DNA of 64,000 nucleotides from Flavobacteriaceae bacterium. Lineage in GTDB: Bacteria; Bacteroidota; Bacteroidia; Flavobacteriales; Flavobacteriaceae. Position 1 is the first letter of the stretch, and each line of letters begins with the position of its first letter. Position numbers and translations under genes: made by a program. Where the stretch lies: the NCBI GenBank assembly GCA_965178635.1, contig CBCXVT010000020.1, positions 2,991 through 66,990 of the forward strand. The letters are read 5' to 3'. Below the pieces are notes generated by a model. The model saw only the letters and a program-made list of their open reading frames with translations, was not told the DNA's origin and did no database searches. This document shows, in pieces, positions 1 to 10,202 of the stretch.

Positions 1-1
1 T

Positions 2-562
2 TTTTCAAATGCTACCTATTACTTATTTGAACCACAAATAAACCTAAAGAAAGACATAGAACAAGCATTGGGGAACTACCCAAACTACCAATTATTTTCG
101 CTTGGTGTAGGTAATGAAAACGATGTTTTAAACTTTACCATGCATGAGAGAGATGATAGTTGTTCTTTTAACTACAGCGAAGCAGAAGCAAAAGCATTAG
201 GGTTTCAACAAGTAAAAGTGCCAATAGTTAGGCTAGAAGATTTTGTAAAAGAAAAACAATTACAAAAACCAAAACTCTTAAAGATTGATGCAGAAGGTCT
301 AGATTTACAAGTTTTAAGTGGTGCTGCTAGTTTATTAAATACTTGTGAAATAGTTTTAGCTGAAGTCGCTGTTATGAATCCTAATATGGATAATTCAGCA
401 CTTAAAATGCTTTCATATATGGAAACATTAGAATATAAACTTTTTGATATAACCGATTTAAATAGACCATTTAAAAATCGAGCACTTTGGTTATGTGAGT
501 TTGTTTTTATAAAAAAGAACGGTATTTTAGATAAAAACTACGCAATTTCAGAAAATGATTAA
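2..562 (+). CDS. FkbM-family methyltransferase (5' end outside window)
   Basis: The frame is open from base 2 (..YLFEPQ..). The LLKIDAEGLDLQVL motif is typical of FkbM-type methyltransferases. The stop overlaps the next start. Confidence 0.65.
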   Translation, partial: FSNATYYLFEPQINLKKDIEQALGNYPNYQLFSLGVGNENDVLNFTMHERDDSCSFNYSEAEAKALGFQQVKVPIVRLEDFVKEKQLQKPKLLKIDAEGLDLQVLSGAASLLNTCEIVLAEVAVMNPNMDNSALKMLSYMETLEYKLFDITDLNRPFKNRALWLCEFVFIKKNGILDKNYAISEND

Positions 563-1631
563 CGTTACCAAAACATTTTTACCAGATCAAGCAGAATATC
601 AAGCCATTTTAAAACGCGCTTGGGATACTGGGTGGATGACGAATCGTGGTGTTTTGGTACAAGAGTTAGAAGATAAGCTTAAAGCGTATTTGCAAGTACC
701 AAACATTATAGCCACAACTAATGGGACTTTACCAATTCAAATTGCAATAAAAGCCTTAGGGTTGTCAGGTGATATCATCACAACGCCATTCAGTTATGTA
801 GCCACAACCTCTAGTATTGTGTGGGAAGGGTGTACCCCAGTCTTTGTAGACATACACCCTCAGTACTTAACCATAGATGAAACCAAAATTGAAGCCGCTA
901 TAACCAATAAAACAACAGCTATTTTAGCAACACACGTGTTTGGGAACCCGTGCGCTGTAGAAGATATTGAAGCAATTGCTAAAAAGCACAAGCTTAAAGT
1001 AATTTATGATGCGGCGCATTGTTTTGGGGTCACTTATAAAGGGCAATCTGTATTTAATTTTGGCGATGTGAGCACCTGTAGTTTTCATGCCACTAAAGTA
1101 TTCCATACAGGTGAAGGGGGGGCGTTGTTTGCAAAAGAGAGTGTGTTACTTAACACGTTGTTTTCGATGCATAATTTCGGACATGATGGGCCAGAGGCTT
1201 TTCAAGGAATTGGTGTCAATGCAAAAATGAGCGAACTACAAGCGGCTATGGGTTTAGCGGTATTGCCGTATATGAATGAGGTTCTGAAATATAGAAAAGA
1301 AGTTACAGAACTATATAATGATGCATTTAAAAACACGTATTTAAAAACATTAGTGCTACGCCCTGATACAGAGTGGAATTATTCGTATTATCCAGTAGTA
1401 TTTAAGGATAAAGAGGAGTTGTTAAACGTACAAACCGCATTACATGCTGCGCAAATTTTCCCAAGACGTTATTTTCATCCGAGCTTAAATATGTTAGAAT
1501 ATGTTAACAAGCAAAGTTGTCCTGTGTCTGAAAACATTGCTTCACGTGTACTATGCTTACCATTATATCATGGAATAGACTTTAAAATAATGCAAGTTAT
1601 TTCAAAGATTATAAAACAAATAGTAAATTAA
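555..1631 (+). CDS. DegT/DnrJ/EryC1/StrS-family PLP-dependent sugar aminotransferase
   Basis: 358 aa. Has the DAAHCFG and SFHATKVFHTGEGG (PLP-lysine region) motifs and sits in a PS-locus context. Confidence 0.85.
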   Translation: MINVTKTFLPDQAEYQAILKRAWDTGWMTNRGVLVQELEDKLKAYLQVPNIIATTNGTLPIQIAIKALGLSGDIITTPFSYVATTSSIVWEGCTPVFVDIHPQYLTIDETKIEAAITNKTTAILATHVFGNPCAVEDIEAIAKKHKLKVIYDAAHCFGVTYKGQSVFNFGDVSTCSFHATKVFHTGEGGALFAKESVLLNTLFSMHNFGHDGPEAFQGIGVNAKMSELQAAMGLAVLPYMNEVLKYRKEVTELYNDAFKNTYLKTLVLRPDTEWNYSYYPVVFKDKEELLNVQTALHAAQIFPRRYFHPSLNMLEYVNKQSCPVSENIASRVLCLPLYHGIDFKIMQVISKIIKQIVN

Positions 1632-1633
1632 TT

Positions 1634-2593
1634 ATGCAAATTTCCTATCCGAAAATAATAAGTTTTCTAATTTCTAATGAAATAGATTTTGAGGAGTTAA
1701 AAGCATCGAATATTGATCTAGAAGGAGAGTTTATTGTTGCAAGTTTAAAAAACCCAATAGATAGAGGTTTATACTATGTAGATAATAATTATCCATCTGT
1801 TGATGAGAATATAAAACATAGTATAATATTTACTAACATAGATAAAAACAATATTGTAGATACTCAAAATACATATCTATTTATAGATAACCCTCAATTA
1901 GTACATTACAAAATAGCTGCTTTGTTTGCTAATCAAAAAAAACAAGGAGTTCATGAAACCGCCATCATTTCTAAAAAAGCAATTATTAGTCCTTCAGCAT
2001 ATATTGGCCCATTCTGTATTATTGAAAATTGTGTAATAGAGGAAAATGTTCAGTTGATAAGTAATGTTACAGTAAGGAATAATGTAATTATTAAAAAAAA
2101 TACAATTATTGAGGGGAATTCTGTTATCGGGGCAAGAGGTATGGCATGGATATGGGATACAGATGGCTCTAGAGTGATTCAACCACAAAACGGAGGTGTT
2201 ATTATTGGTGTTAATTGTATAATTGGGACTGATATTTCAATAGTTCGAGGTTCACTTTCAGAAAATACTAAAATAGGTGATGGTGTAATTATTGCTCATG
2301 GTACTAAAATTGGTCATGGTTCTAATATTGGTAATGATGTTCATATAGCAAATAATGTGAGTTTAGCTGGAAATGCAAATATTGGTGATAGAGCATTTTT
2401 GGGGAGTGCATGTGTGGTTTCTTCTAATGTAAAAGTAGCTCCAAATTGCATTGTTGGCGCTGGGGCAGTAGTTAGTAAAAGTTTCAATCAAGAGTTTTTA
2501 ACCTTAGCTGGAGTGCCTGCAAAAATTATTAGAGAAAAAAATTATAAAGATAAACCAAAGGGGACGCCAAAACCTTTTATTAAAGACAAGTAA
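1634..2593 (+). CDS. Left-handed beta-helix (hexapeptide-repeat) N-acyltransferase, LpxD-like architecture
   Basis: 319 aa. The C-terminal two thirds consist of imperfect hexapeptide repeats (IGxxxxIG pattern). Confidence 0.6.
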   Translation: MQISYPKIISFLISNEIDFEELKASNIDLEGEFIVASLKNPIDRGLYYVDNNYPSVDENIKHSIIFTNIDKNNIVDTQNTYLFIDNPQLVHYKIAALFANQKKQGVHETAIISKKAIISPSAYIGPFCIIENCVIEENVQLISNVTVRNNVIIKKNTIIEGNSVIGARGMAWIWDTDGSRVIQPQNGGVIIGVNCIIGTDISIVRGSLSENTKIGDGVIIAHGTKIGHGSNIGNDVHIANNVSLAGNANIGDRAFLGSACVVSSNVKVAPNCIVGAGAVVSKSFNQEFLTLAGVPAKIIREKNYKDKPKGTPKPFIKDK

Positions 2594-2595
2594 AG

Positions 2596-3132
2596 ATGAA
2601 TTCAAATATAATTTCTTCAAATTTTAAAAAAGGTAAAAACTTTAACATTGGTCATTTTTGCATTATAGAAGATGGTGTAGAAGTTGGTGATAATGTTTCA
2701 ATTGGTAATTATACCATTTTGCATAAAGGAGTCAAAATTGCAAGTGATACTGTTATAGGGAGTTATTGTGAAATAGATTCTGAATGTGATATTAGAACTA
2801 ATGTCATCGTACAAGGCCGTATAAGAATGGGGAATAATTGTTTAATTGAAAAAAATGTGACAATAAAATACGGAACAATCCTTACATCAAATGTACTTTT
2901 AAAAGAAAACTGTTTTTTAGGTCCTAATGTAATAACGTTAGGTTCTACACATAAACGTATAACAGTACATGGAACTATAATTGGTAACAATACATATATA
3001 GGTGCAGGTAGTAAAATTGCAGGAGGTATAAGCATTGGAAATGATATTACTGTAGGTGCTTTAAGTTTTGTAAATAAGAATATAGAGGATCAAGGTGTAT
3101 ATGTTGGTGCTCCATTGAAAAAACTCAGATGA
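2596..3132 (+). CDS. Hexapeptide-repeat acetyltransferase
   Basis: 178 aa, made almost entirely of hexapeptide repeats. Its stop overlaps the next start in an ATGA arrangement. Confidence 0.7.
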   Translation: MNSNIISSNFKKGKNFNIGHFCIIEDGVEVGDNVSIGNYTILHKGVKIASDTVIGSYCEIDSECDIRTNVIVQGRIRMGNNCLIEKNVTIKYGTILTSNVLLKENCFLGPNVITLGSTHKRITVHGTIIGNNTYIGAGSKIAGGISIGNDITVGALSFVNKNIEDQGVYVGAPLKKLR

Positions 3133-4175
3133 GTCTTATGGAAACGAATAAAGTCACTTTAAGTATATGTTGTATCACGTATAATCAAGAAGCCTTTATA
3201 AAAGAAACTTTGAGTGGTTTTTTGAAACAAAAAGTTAACTTTATAATAGAGATTATTATTTATGATGATAATTCAACAGATAATACTAGGGAATTACTTC
3301 AAGATTTTAAAGCGAATTGTGTTTTTCCAGTAACATTACTTTTAGCAAAAGAAAATAGATATTCAAAGGGTGATCGTATATTCCCAAAAACTTTTAAGGC
3401 AGCAAAAGGCAAATACATCGCCTTATGTGAAGGCGATGACTATTGGACGGATCCTTTAAAACTACAAAAACAAGTTGACTTTTTAGAGGCTAACAGAGAT
3501 TATGCATTAGTGTTTACAAATGGACAAGTTGTGTACACCAACACACATGAACCGTCTCATTTAATATATAATAATACAAGTCATTCCACTACGTCATATA
3601 GAGTGTTTAATTTACCAGAAGAAACAACAGATATTTATAAACTAGCTAAAGGGAATTACATACATACAGCTGGGGTTGTGTTTAGAAATTGGATAATAGA
3701 ACAGGGAGTGCCAGAATATATGTATCGAGTAACTATTGGAGATTGGCCTCTGCACATGATGACGGCAACTAAAGGGCTTATTAAATATCTTGATGAAGAT
3801 ATGTTTTGCTATCGGGTTCACGATGTAGGGGTTTATTCAAAAAAGACAGCGCTACAAAAAAACCAAATGACTTTAGGGCAATTTCCTCCTATTCTAAACT
3901 CAAATTATTTTGAGAACAGTGTTAGAGAAGTTATTGAAACCTATTGCCTTAAAAGCTCTAAAAGTTACCTTAGTGCTTGTAAAACGGGTAATGATTTTCA
4001 ATTTTTTACTGATTTTTCAGGATCTTTTGATTCTAATAATGAAGTCTTAAATAATAAGTTATTACAGCTTTTAGATAAAAGAAACCAAAACCAAAATAAA
4101 GTCTTAATACAACCAGTATATTTGCGTTTGCTTAAAAGGATAAAACGATACATTAAAAAAATATTAAAATTATGA
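3129..4175 (+). CDS. Family 2 glycosyltransferase
   Basis: N-terminal LSICCITYNQEAFI...IIYDDNSTDNT followed by a DxD-like CEGDDYW. Confidence 0.75.
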   Translation: MSLMETNKVTLSICCITYNQEAFIKETLSGFLKQKVNFIIEIIIYDDNSTDNTRELLQDFKANCVFPVTLLLAKENRYSKGDRIFPKTFKAAKGKYIALCEGDDYWTDPLKLQKQVDFLEANRDYALVFTNGQVVYTNTHEPSHLIYNNTSHSTTSYRVFNLPEETTDIYKLAKGNYIHTAGVVFRNWIIEQGVPEYMYRVTIGDWPLHMMTATKGLIKYLDEDMFCYRVHDVGVYSKKTALQKNQMTLGQFPPILNSNYFENSVREVIETYCLKSSKSYLSACKTGNDFQFFTDFSGSFDSNNEVLNNKLLQLLDKRNQNQNKVLIQPVYLRLLKRIKRYIKKILKL

Positions 4176-5164
4176 TAGGAGCCTTTACCATTTGTGCAAA
4201 CAACTATTTAGCGCACGCCAAAACTTTAGCAATTTCTTATAAGGCGCAGCATCCAGATCATACTTTTGTAATTGCTATTTTAGATGCTCCTTGCAGCGAA
4301 ATAGATTACAACACTTTAGGAGCCGATGAAGTACTGTGGATTCCTGAAATGTTACCAGAATTAATAGAGAACCTAAAAAATACTTATGGTATTGCCGAGC
4401 TATGTACCGTTGTTAAGCCTGAATTGTTTGCCAGTTTATTTGCGAGAGGCTATAAAAACGTATTATATATAGACCCAGATATTAAAGTGTTTTCACCTTT
4501 AAAGGAGGTTTTTACAGCTTTAAAAACCAATCAAATGGTACTAACACCGCATATTTGTAGTCCAACTGGGGAAGTAGGACATCCGTTGGATAAGGATTTA
4601 ATGCGAACCGGAATTTATAACCTAGGTTTTTTAGCAGTAAAGCACACGCCTGAAATTGTAGAGTTTGTGGCTTGGTGGGACAAACGTGTAAAAGCTTTCG
4701 GCTATCATGATTTGAAGAAAGGTTTTTTTTATGATCAAATTTGGTTAGGGTATGGCCCCGCATTTTTAGATAAAGTATACGTTTTACGTCATTTAGGGTA
4801 TAATGTTGCCAATTGGAATTTGCATGAACGAAACATTTTGAGTGTTAATGGGCAGTATTTTATTAACGACGACCATACGCCACTTAGATTTTTTCATTAC
4901 AGTCATTTTAAAATGGAAAACCTGCCTGCGATAGCATCATATAACCAGAATTTTAATTTAGAGAATAGACCTGATATTGCGTCAGTTTTCAATTTGTATA
5001 AAGAGAACCTCATTGAAAATGGTTATGTAGCACTAAAAAAAATAAACTACACATTTGGTAAGCAACCTGAAATTAAAATTGTGGTTGATAAAACAAAATT
5101 TAGTAAGGTAAAACAGGCAACAGCGCATTTTAAAAAAGGTGTGAAAATACTATTAGGAAAATAA
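4172..5164 (+). CDS. Hypothetical; possible nucleotide-diphospho-sugar transferase
   Basis: 330-aa intact ORF translationally coupled within the PS operon. No motif that I can name with certainty. Confidence 0.3.
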   Translation: MIGAFTICANNYLAHAKTLAISYKAQHPDHTFVIAILDAPCSEIDYNTLGADEVLWIPEMLPELIENLKNTYGIAELCTVVKPELFASLFARGYKNVLYIDPDIKVFSPLKEVFTALKTNQMVLTPHICSPTGEVGHPLDKDLMRTGIYNLGFLAVKHTPEIVEFVAWWDKRVKAFGYHDLKKGFFYDQIWLGYGPAFLDKVYVLRHLGYNVANWNLHERNILSVNGQYFINDDHTPLRFFHYSHFKMENLPAIASYNQNFNLENRPDIASVFNLYKENLIENGYVALKKINYTFGKQPEIKIVVDKTKFSKVKQATAHFKKGVKILLGK

Positions 5165-6018
5165 TGAATTTGGATAAAGCAATGGTAGATTTTATGATTA
5201 TTGGTGCGCAAAAAAGTGCAACCACAACATTATTTGATATTTTAAAAACACATCCTCAACTTGTGGCATGTAAAAAAAAAGAGCCAGAGTTTTTTAGTCA
5301 TACTTCAAATTGGGATCAAAAAATTGAAGCTTACGAAGCCTTATATAATAAACAAGAGGGGCAATTAGCCTTTGAAGCTTCAACAGCTTATACGGCGCAT
5401 CCTACATATAACCGTAAAATTTGGGAGGCTTTACAACACTACAACCCAAGTTTAAAATTTATATACATAGTAAGAGATCCGTTAGAGCGCATAAAGTCAG
5501 CTCATCGCTTTTTATACAGACAAGGTTACGCGAGTGATAAAAATATAAATACATTTATGCATTCAAGCGCATATCATACCAATTTAAGTAAGTATTACTA
5601 TCAAATAAAACCTTATATAGATCTTTTTGGAGCTGATCAGGTAAAAATCGTATTATTCGAAGATTTTGTAAAGTCGCAAGAAACTACAGTTAATGAGTTG
5701 TTGAGGTTTTTAAACGTGTCTGATTTTAATGAATTTACACCCTTAAAATCGAATACAAAAGGTAGAAAATTAGTCATGAAAACGGGTTTTGGGCCTTTAG
5801 CTAAATTGTTTCTTAAAGTTAAATCTTATTTGCCTTATCGTGTTTCTAAAGTATTAGAAAATCAATTAATGTATCGTAAAATAGTAGCTGAAGATTTAGA
5901 ATTTACACCTGAGAGTTTATTGCAATTAGAAAAAGACTTATTACCAGATATATTAAAGTTTGAAAAATTAATAAACCGCGATTTATCACATTGGAAACGT
6001 AATTTGAATAATGTATGA
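5164..6018 (+). CDS. Sulfotransferase-family protein (PAPS-dependent)
   Basis: 5'-PSB-like IIGAQKSATTTL and 3'-PB-like VRDPLERIKSAH motifs. Confidence 0.75.
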   Translation: MNLDKAMVDFMIIGAQKSATTTLFDILKTHPQLVACKKKEPEFFSHTSNWDQKIEAYEALYNKQEGQLAFEASTAYTAHPTYNRKIWEALQHYNPSLKFIYIVRDPLERIKSAHRFLYRQGYASDKNINTFMHSSAYHTNLSKYYYQIKPYIDLFGADQVKIVLFEDFVKSQETTVNELLRFLNVSDFNEFTPLKSNTKGRKLVMKTGFGPLAKLFLKVKSYLPYRVSKVLENQLMYRKIVAEDLEFTPESLLQLEKDLLPDILKFEKLINRDLSHWKRNLNNV

Positions 6019-7016
6019 AAAAGCTAACAAAAGGAGTGTCTATAATACTGTGCACCTATAATGGTAAAGAAAGGTTGTTAAAAACCTTTATGCACTTGGC
6101 TAAGCAAATTGTAACAATCCCTTGTGAAATTATTTTTGTTGATAATGCCTCAACAGATGGTACTAAAGGTTTTGCAGATACTTGGTGGTATGAGAACAGA
6201 CCCCTAAATATAACATACCGTTCGTTTAGTCAACCAATACTTGGTAAATCTTATGCTCAAGATATGGGGTATGAAAAAGCAATGCATCAATATTTGTTGG
6301 TGTGTGATGATGATAATTGGTTATGTGATACTTATGTACAAACAGCGTTTGATATTATGATTAACACCCCTGAAATAGGTGCTCTTGGAGGTTGGTGTGA
6401 TGCTGAGTTTGAGGATACTAAGCCACATTGGTTTGATATGTATAGTAATTATTTTGCTGTAGCTAAACAGGGGGTGGTTAGTGGCGATATAACTAACAGA
6501 AAAGGGTGTTTGTATGGGGCTGGGATGGTTTTAAATAAGGCGCATTGGTTGCAGTTAAAAAGGATAGGTTTTGAACATTTATTATCTTGTAGAAAAGGAA
6601 ATGCTTTAAGTTCTGGAGGTGATACAGAATATTGTTATGCATTGCGCTTATTGGGATATAAAATATGGTATGATGAACGGTTGTATTTTAAGCATTATAT
6701 GACTAAAGGGCGGATGCACTTAGCATATCTTAGTAGATTACGTAAAGCCATGTCTTCATCAAATTTTGTTTTATGGAGCTACATAGATTTGATAAAAGGA
6801 ACAAATAGAGGAGTGAAGGACATTTTAAAAAAAGGAAAGAAAGCTCTGATAAAGGAATGGTATGCTAAAATAAATGATTTTGTATTAGGTGATTATGAGC
6901 AAAAAGAAGAAGCGAAATATTATTTTAGGAATCTATATTATTTAGTGTTTTTAAAAAAAACCTATTTGAAGAATCAGTCATTTATTGAAAATTGGCTTAA
7001 AAATAATGATGTATGA
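6015..7016 (+). CDS. Family 2 glycosyltransferase
   Basis: VSIILCTYNGKERL...FVDNASTDGT and a CDDDNW (DxD) motif. Confidence 0.75.
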   Translation: MKKLTKGVSIILCTYNGKERLLKTFMHLAKQIVTIPCEIIFVDNASTDGTKGFADTWWYENRPLNITYRSFSQPILGKSYAQDMGYEKAMHQYLLVCDDDNWLCDTYVQTAFDIMINTPEIGALGGWCDAEFEDTKPHWFDMYSNYFAVAKQGVVSGDITNRKGCLYGAGMVLNKAHWLQLKRIGFEHLLSCRKGNALSSGGDTEYCYALRLLGYKIWYDERLYFKHYMTKGRMHLAYLSRLRKAMSSSNFVLWSYIDLIKGTNRGVKDILKKGKKALIKEWYAKINDFVLGDYEQKEEAKYYFRNLYYLVFLKKTYLKNQSFIENWLKNNDV

Positions 7017-8239
7017 AAACTGTTTGTTTTGTAGTACGTTCATTTCCTGTAGTGTCTCAAACGTTTGTTGTTAATCAAATTATAGCAGCAAAAAAACAAG
7101 GCTTTAAAGTAAAAATTTTAACTAAAAATCTTAATGACAATAGTAATTCTTCGCAAGAAAAACTAATAATTCAGCATGATTTACGAGCTGATGTTCTCAT
7201 AGAAAATTACGCTATTCCAAGAAGTAAAATTACGCGTTTTACACTCGCGTTATGGTTGATAATAAGCAATTTTAATAGTTGGCTAATCTTAAAGAAAGAT
7301 TTAGATAATTATAAAGATAGACTTTTAAAATTACCTTTTAAAATTGCCTTTTATAAAGCCTTAAAAAAAATAGATGTATTTCATATTCAGTTTGCTGTAG
7401 CGGGGTTAGATTTAGCAAAAATGAAAGCTTTAGGTTTGTTGCATGGAAAATTGGTGACGACATTCCATGGTTATGATGCGCATTATAGTACGGAAGGTGA
7501 ATTATCAAATCTAAAAAAGCGCTACGCATATTTGATCGCACAATCAGAAACTATAACAGTTAATACGCCTTTTTTAGAAAGACAAGTAGTGAAACTTGGT
7601 GCTGTAGTACATAAGATGCATATTATCCCCATGGGTATTGAGGTAGATTATTTTAAACCAGTTAAAAAGAATACATTGCCCAAAAATAAACAAGTTGAGT
7701 TATTGTCTATAGGGCGATTAATTGAATTTAAAGGGTTTTATTATGCAATACAAGCTGTTAAACATTTAGTAAATCAGGGGTATAATGTAAAATATACTAT
7801 AGTTGGAGAAGGACAATTACAAGAGGAGCTAGATAACTTAATAATTAGTTTGCAATTAGAAAATCATGTTGTTTTAGCTGGAAAAAAATCACAAACAGCA
7901 ATTAAAAAAATATTACATGAAAGTCATATTTTTTTAATGAGTTCTATTATCGACCGTACGGGTAGAGGGGAAACCCAAGGAGTAGTGACAGCAGAGGCGC
8001 AAGCAGCAGGCTTGCCTGTTGTAGCTTTTAATTGTGGGGGTATTCCATATACTATAGAACAAGGTGTTACAGGAATTTTAGTACCTGAAAAGCAAGCGTT
8101 TGAATATGCAGAGGCCATTACGTCAATAATAGATAGTCCTAAGAAACACGAAATGATGAGTCAGGCAGCAGTAGCGTTTGTAGCTGATAATTTTACAAAT
8201 GTACTTATGGGGAAACGTTTTGCAGAGTTGTATGATTAA
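7013..8239 (+). CDS. Family 4 (GT-B, GT1/RfaG-like) glycosyltransferase
   Basis: C-terminal ETQGVVTAEAQAAGLPVVAFNCGGIPYTIEQGVTGILV signature. Confidence 0.8.
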   Translation: MKTVCFVVRSFPVVSQTFVVNQIIAAKKQGFKVKILTKNLNDNSNSSQEKLIIQHDLRADVLIENYAIPRSKITRFTLALWLIISNFNSWLILKKDLDNYKDRLLKLPFKIAFYKALKKIDVFHIQFAVAGLDLAKMKALGLLHGKLVTTFHGYDAHYSTEGELSNLKKRYAYLIAQSETITVNTPFLERQVVKLGAVVHKMHIIPMGIEVDYFKPVKKNTLPKNKQVELLSIGRLIEFKGFYYAIQAVKHLVNQGYNVKYTIVGEGQLQEELDNLIISLQLENHVVLAGKKSQTAIKKILHESHIFLMSSIIDRTGRGETQGVVTAEAQAAGLPVVAFNCGGIPYTIEQGVTGILVPEKQAFEYAEAITSIIDSPKKHEMMSQAAVAFVADNFTNVLMGKRFAELYD

Positions 8240-8241
8240 AT

Positions 8242-8278
8242 AATTTCACTGAAAAACTCTTATTTTTCAGTGAAATTA
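8242..8278 (+). terminator. Hairpin terminator after PS locus 1
   Basis: Perfect 15-bp inverted repeat: aatttcactgaaaaa (8242-8256) pairs with tttttcagtgaaatt (8264-8278). Confidence 0.6.
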
Positions 8279-8513
8279 ATATAATACTCAAATACTATTA
8301 TCGTGAAACAATACAATAGTTTAAAACCGTACATTATAAGCTTAAAATAAAAGAATCCGTAACTAAAATGGATGCAGAACAACATGTTCAAGCAATTCTT
8401 GACTGTATTGTTGTGTAAGTTTGAAGCTTTTTAATAGGTGAATAAAATGATTGTAAAATCTAAACTATAAACACAGGCAAATACCTATATTAGCAGCTTA
8501 AAGTATTTAAAGT

Positions 8514-9339
8514 ATGATAATTAATGGAAGAAACGGTTTAACTGAACAATTATATACAGCAATTTTAGCCGCTCTAGAAGCAGGCGAAGCCATCATGAAC
8601 GTGTATGATAGCCCCGATTTTGGTGTTGAAATTAAAGACGATAAGTCGCCATTAACTCGTGCTGATAAGTATGCAAATGACATTATCAATACCTATTTAA
8701 TTCCTACTCAGATTCCGATAATTAGTGAAGAAAATAAACAAACAGACTACGCCACACGTAAAGAATGGCAACAGTGTTGGATTGTGGACCCTGTAGATGG
8801 AACAAAAGAATTCATTAAACGTAACGGAGAGTTTACGGTCAATATCGCTTTAGTTACCAATGGAGGTGCCTGAGTTAGGGGTGATTTATGTGCCGGTAAC
8901 AAAAACGGTATATGTCGCTGAAGTATCTACGCAAACGGGGTATAAAGCAACAGTTGAATCTCATCGTGCATCTATAGAAGATGTTATAGCAAAAGCAGAA
9001 CAATTACAACCTAAAAAAGTGTCAAATTCTGTTGAGGTAGTTGGGAGCAGATCACATATGAGTACCGAAACGGAACAGTATGTGGAAGCTTTAAAACAAG
9101 AAGGAAAAGAAGTGTCTATAGTGTCAAAAGGAAGTTCCTTAAAGTTTTGTTTGGTAGCTGAAGGAAACGCCGATGTCTATCCGCGCTTTGCACCTACAAT
9201 GGAGTGGGATACTGCTGCTGGACAAGCGATTTGTAATGCGGTTGGTGTTGCAGTCATTTCCGAAGCAACAAAAGCGCCATTACTATATAATAAAGAAAAT
9301 TTATTGAACCCTTGGTTCATCTGTAAATATGAAGGATAG
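8514..9339 (+). pseudogene. cysQ: 3'(2'),5'-bisphosphate nucleotidase CysQ, split by a frameshift near 8866
   Basis: WIVDPVDGTKEF and EWDTAAGQAI motifs. It is read as two overlapping ORFs (8514-8873 and 8860-9339) in different frames. Confidence 0.75.
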
Positions 9340-9611
9340 TTCTAAAAAACGACATATTGCCAAAACAATTACTTGGCGTGTTATTGCTTCCGTGTACAAC
9401 GTTCGTTATTGCATATTTGTTTTTTAAAGAAGACCCTATGGCAACTGAAAAAGCCACTGGTGTTGCATTAACAGAATCTGTTATTAAAATGGGCTTATAT
9501 TATTTTCATGAACGGTTTTGGTATGCAAATCTAATTTTGGATTGCCAACCTCACGAAAAAACCAACAAAAAGATAGCTAATGGAAAAAAATATTATTCCA
9601 CAAAACTATAA
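9329..9611 (+). pseudogene. DUF2061-like small membrane protein, frameshifted near 9395
   Basis: MKDSSKKRHIAKTITWRVIAS in one frame continues as TTFVIAYLFF...LYYFHERFWY in another. Confidence 0.5.
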
Positions 9612-10202
9612 AGTATCTGTAGCTCAGATCGAAGAAAAAAAAATAAACACAATTCACTTTGTAGATATGGTTTACAGGGCTTGTCAGGTTCTGGAAAATC
9701 AACCATAGCTAAGTCTGGTAGAACAGCGTCTTTTTGAACAGGGGATATCGCAACGTATGCCTTAGATGGAGATAATATAAGAGGATGGTATCAATAAAAA
9801 TTTGAGTTTCTCAGCCCTGAAGACAGATCAGAGAATATTCAGGACGAATAGCAGAAATATCAAACTTAATGGTTGATGCAGGTTTAGTCGTGTTTGGCTG
9901 CATTCATATCGCCTTATAAAAATGATAGAGAGCAATACGTAAAGAAAGACTAGTGAAAGATGTTAACTTTGTTGAGGTATTATGTCAATACGTCTGTGGA
10001 GGAGTGTGAGCGTAGAGATGTCAAAAGGCTTGTACAAAAAAGCGCGAGCAGGAGAAATTACAAAACATGACGGGAATTTCGGCACCTTATGAAGCGCCAG
10101 AAAACCCAGATATAGAAATACTAACACTGAACAACGAAACAATAGAGCAAGCTGTAAATAAAATTAGTGGCCTACATAACACCAAAATTGACAAGTGTCT
10201 AA
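9580..10202 (+). pseudogene. cysC: Adenylyl-sulfate (APS) kinase CysC, many frameshifts
   Basis: The P-loop WFTGLSGSGKSTIA is readable only if an extra g at 9683 is skipped. LDGDNIR, ISPY, GLYKKARAGEI and GISAPYE pieces lie scattered over all three frames. Confidence 0.75.

Noticed and set aside
924-1106. Short antisense or alternative-frame ORFs in the track. Examples: 924-1106, 1994-2188, 2763-3035, 4512-4763, 7338-7541, 7924-8118, 8507-8689, 10426-10656, 10832-11080, 11339-11785, 11904-12104, 13452-13694, 19323-19544, 23421-23704, 25814-26026, 28057-28496, 29293-29532, 34387-34719, 36221-36664, 41376-41681, 47708-47947, 49772-50020, 54205-54525, 55499-55927, 56425-56724, 59679-59957
   Set aside because: Each lies entirely within, or opposite to, a longer ORF that has clear family motifs. 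They have low-complexity or implausible composition and are treated as shadow ORFs.
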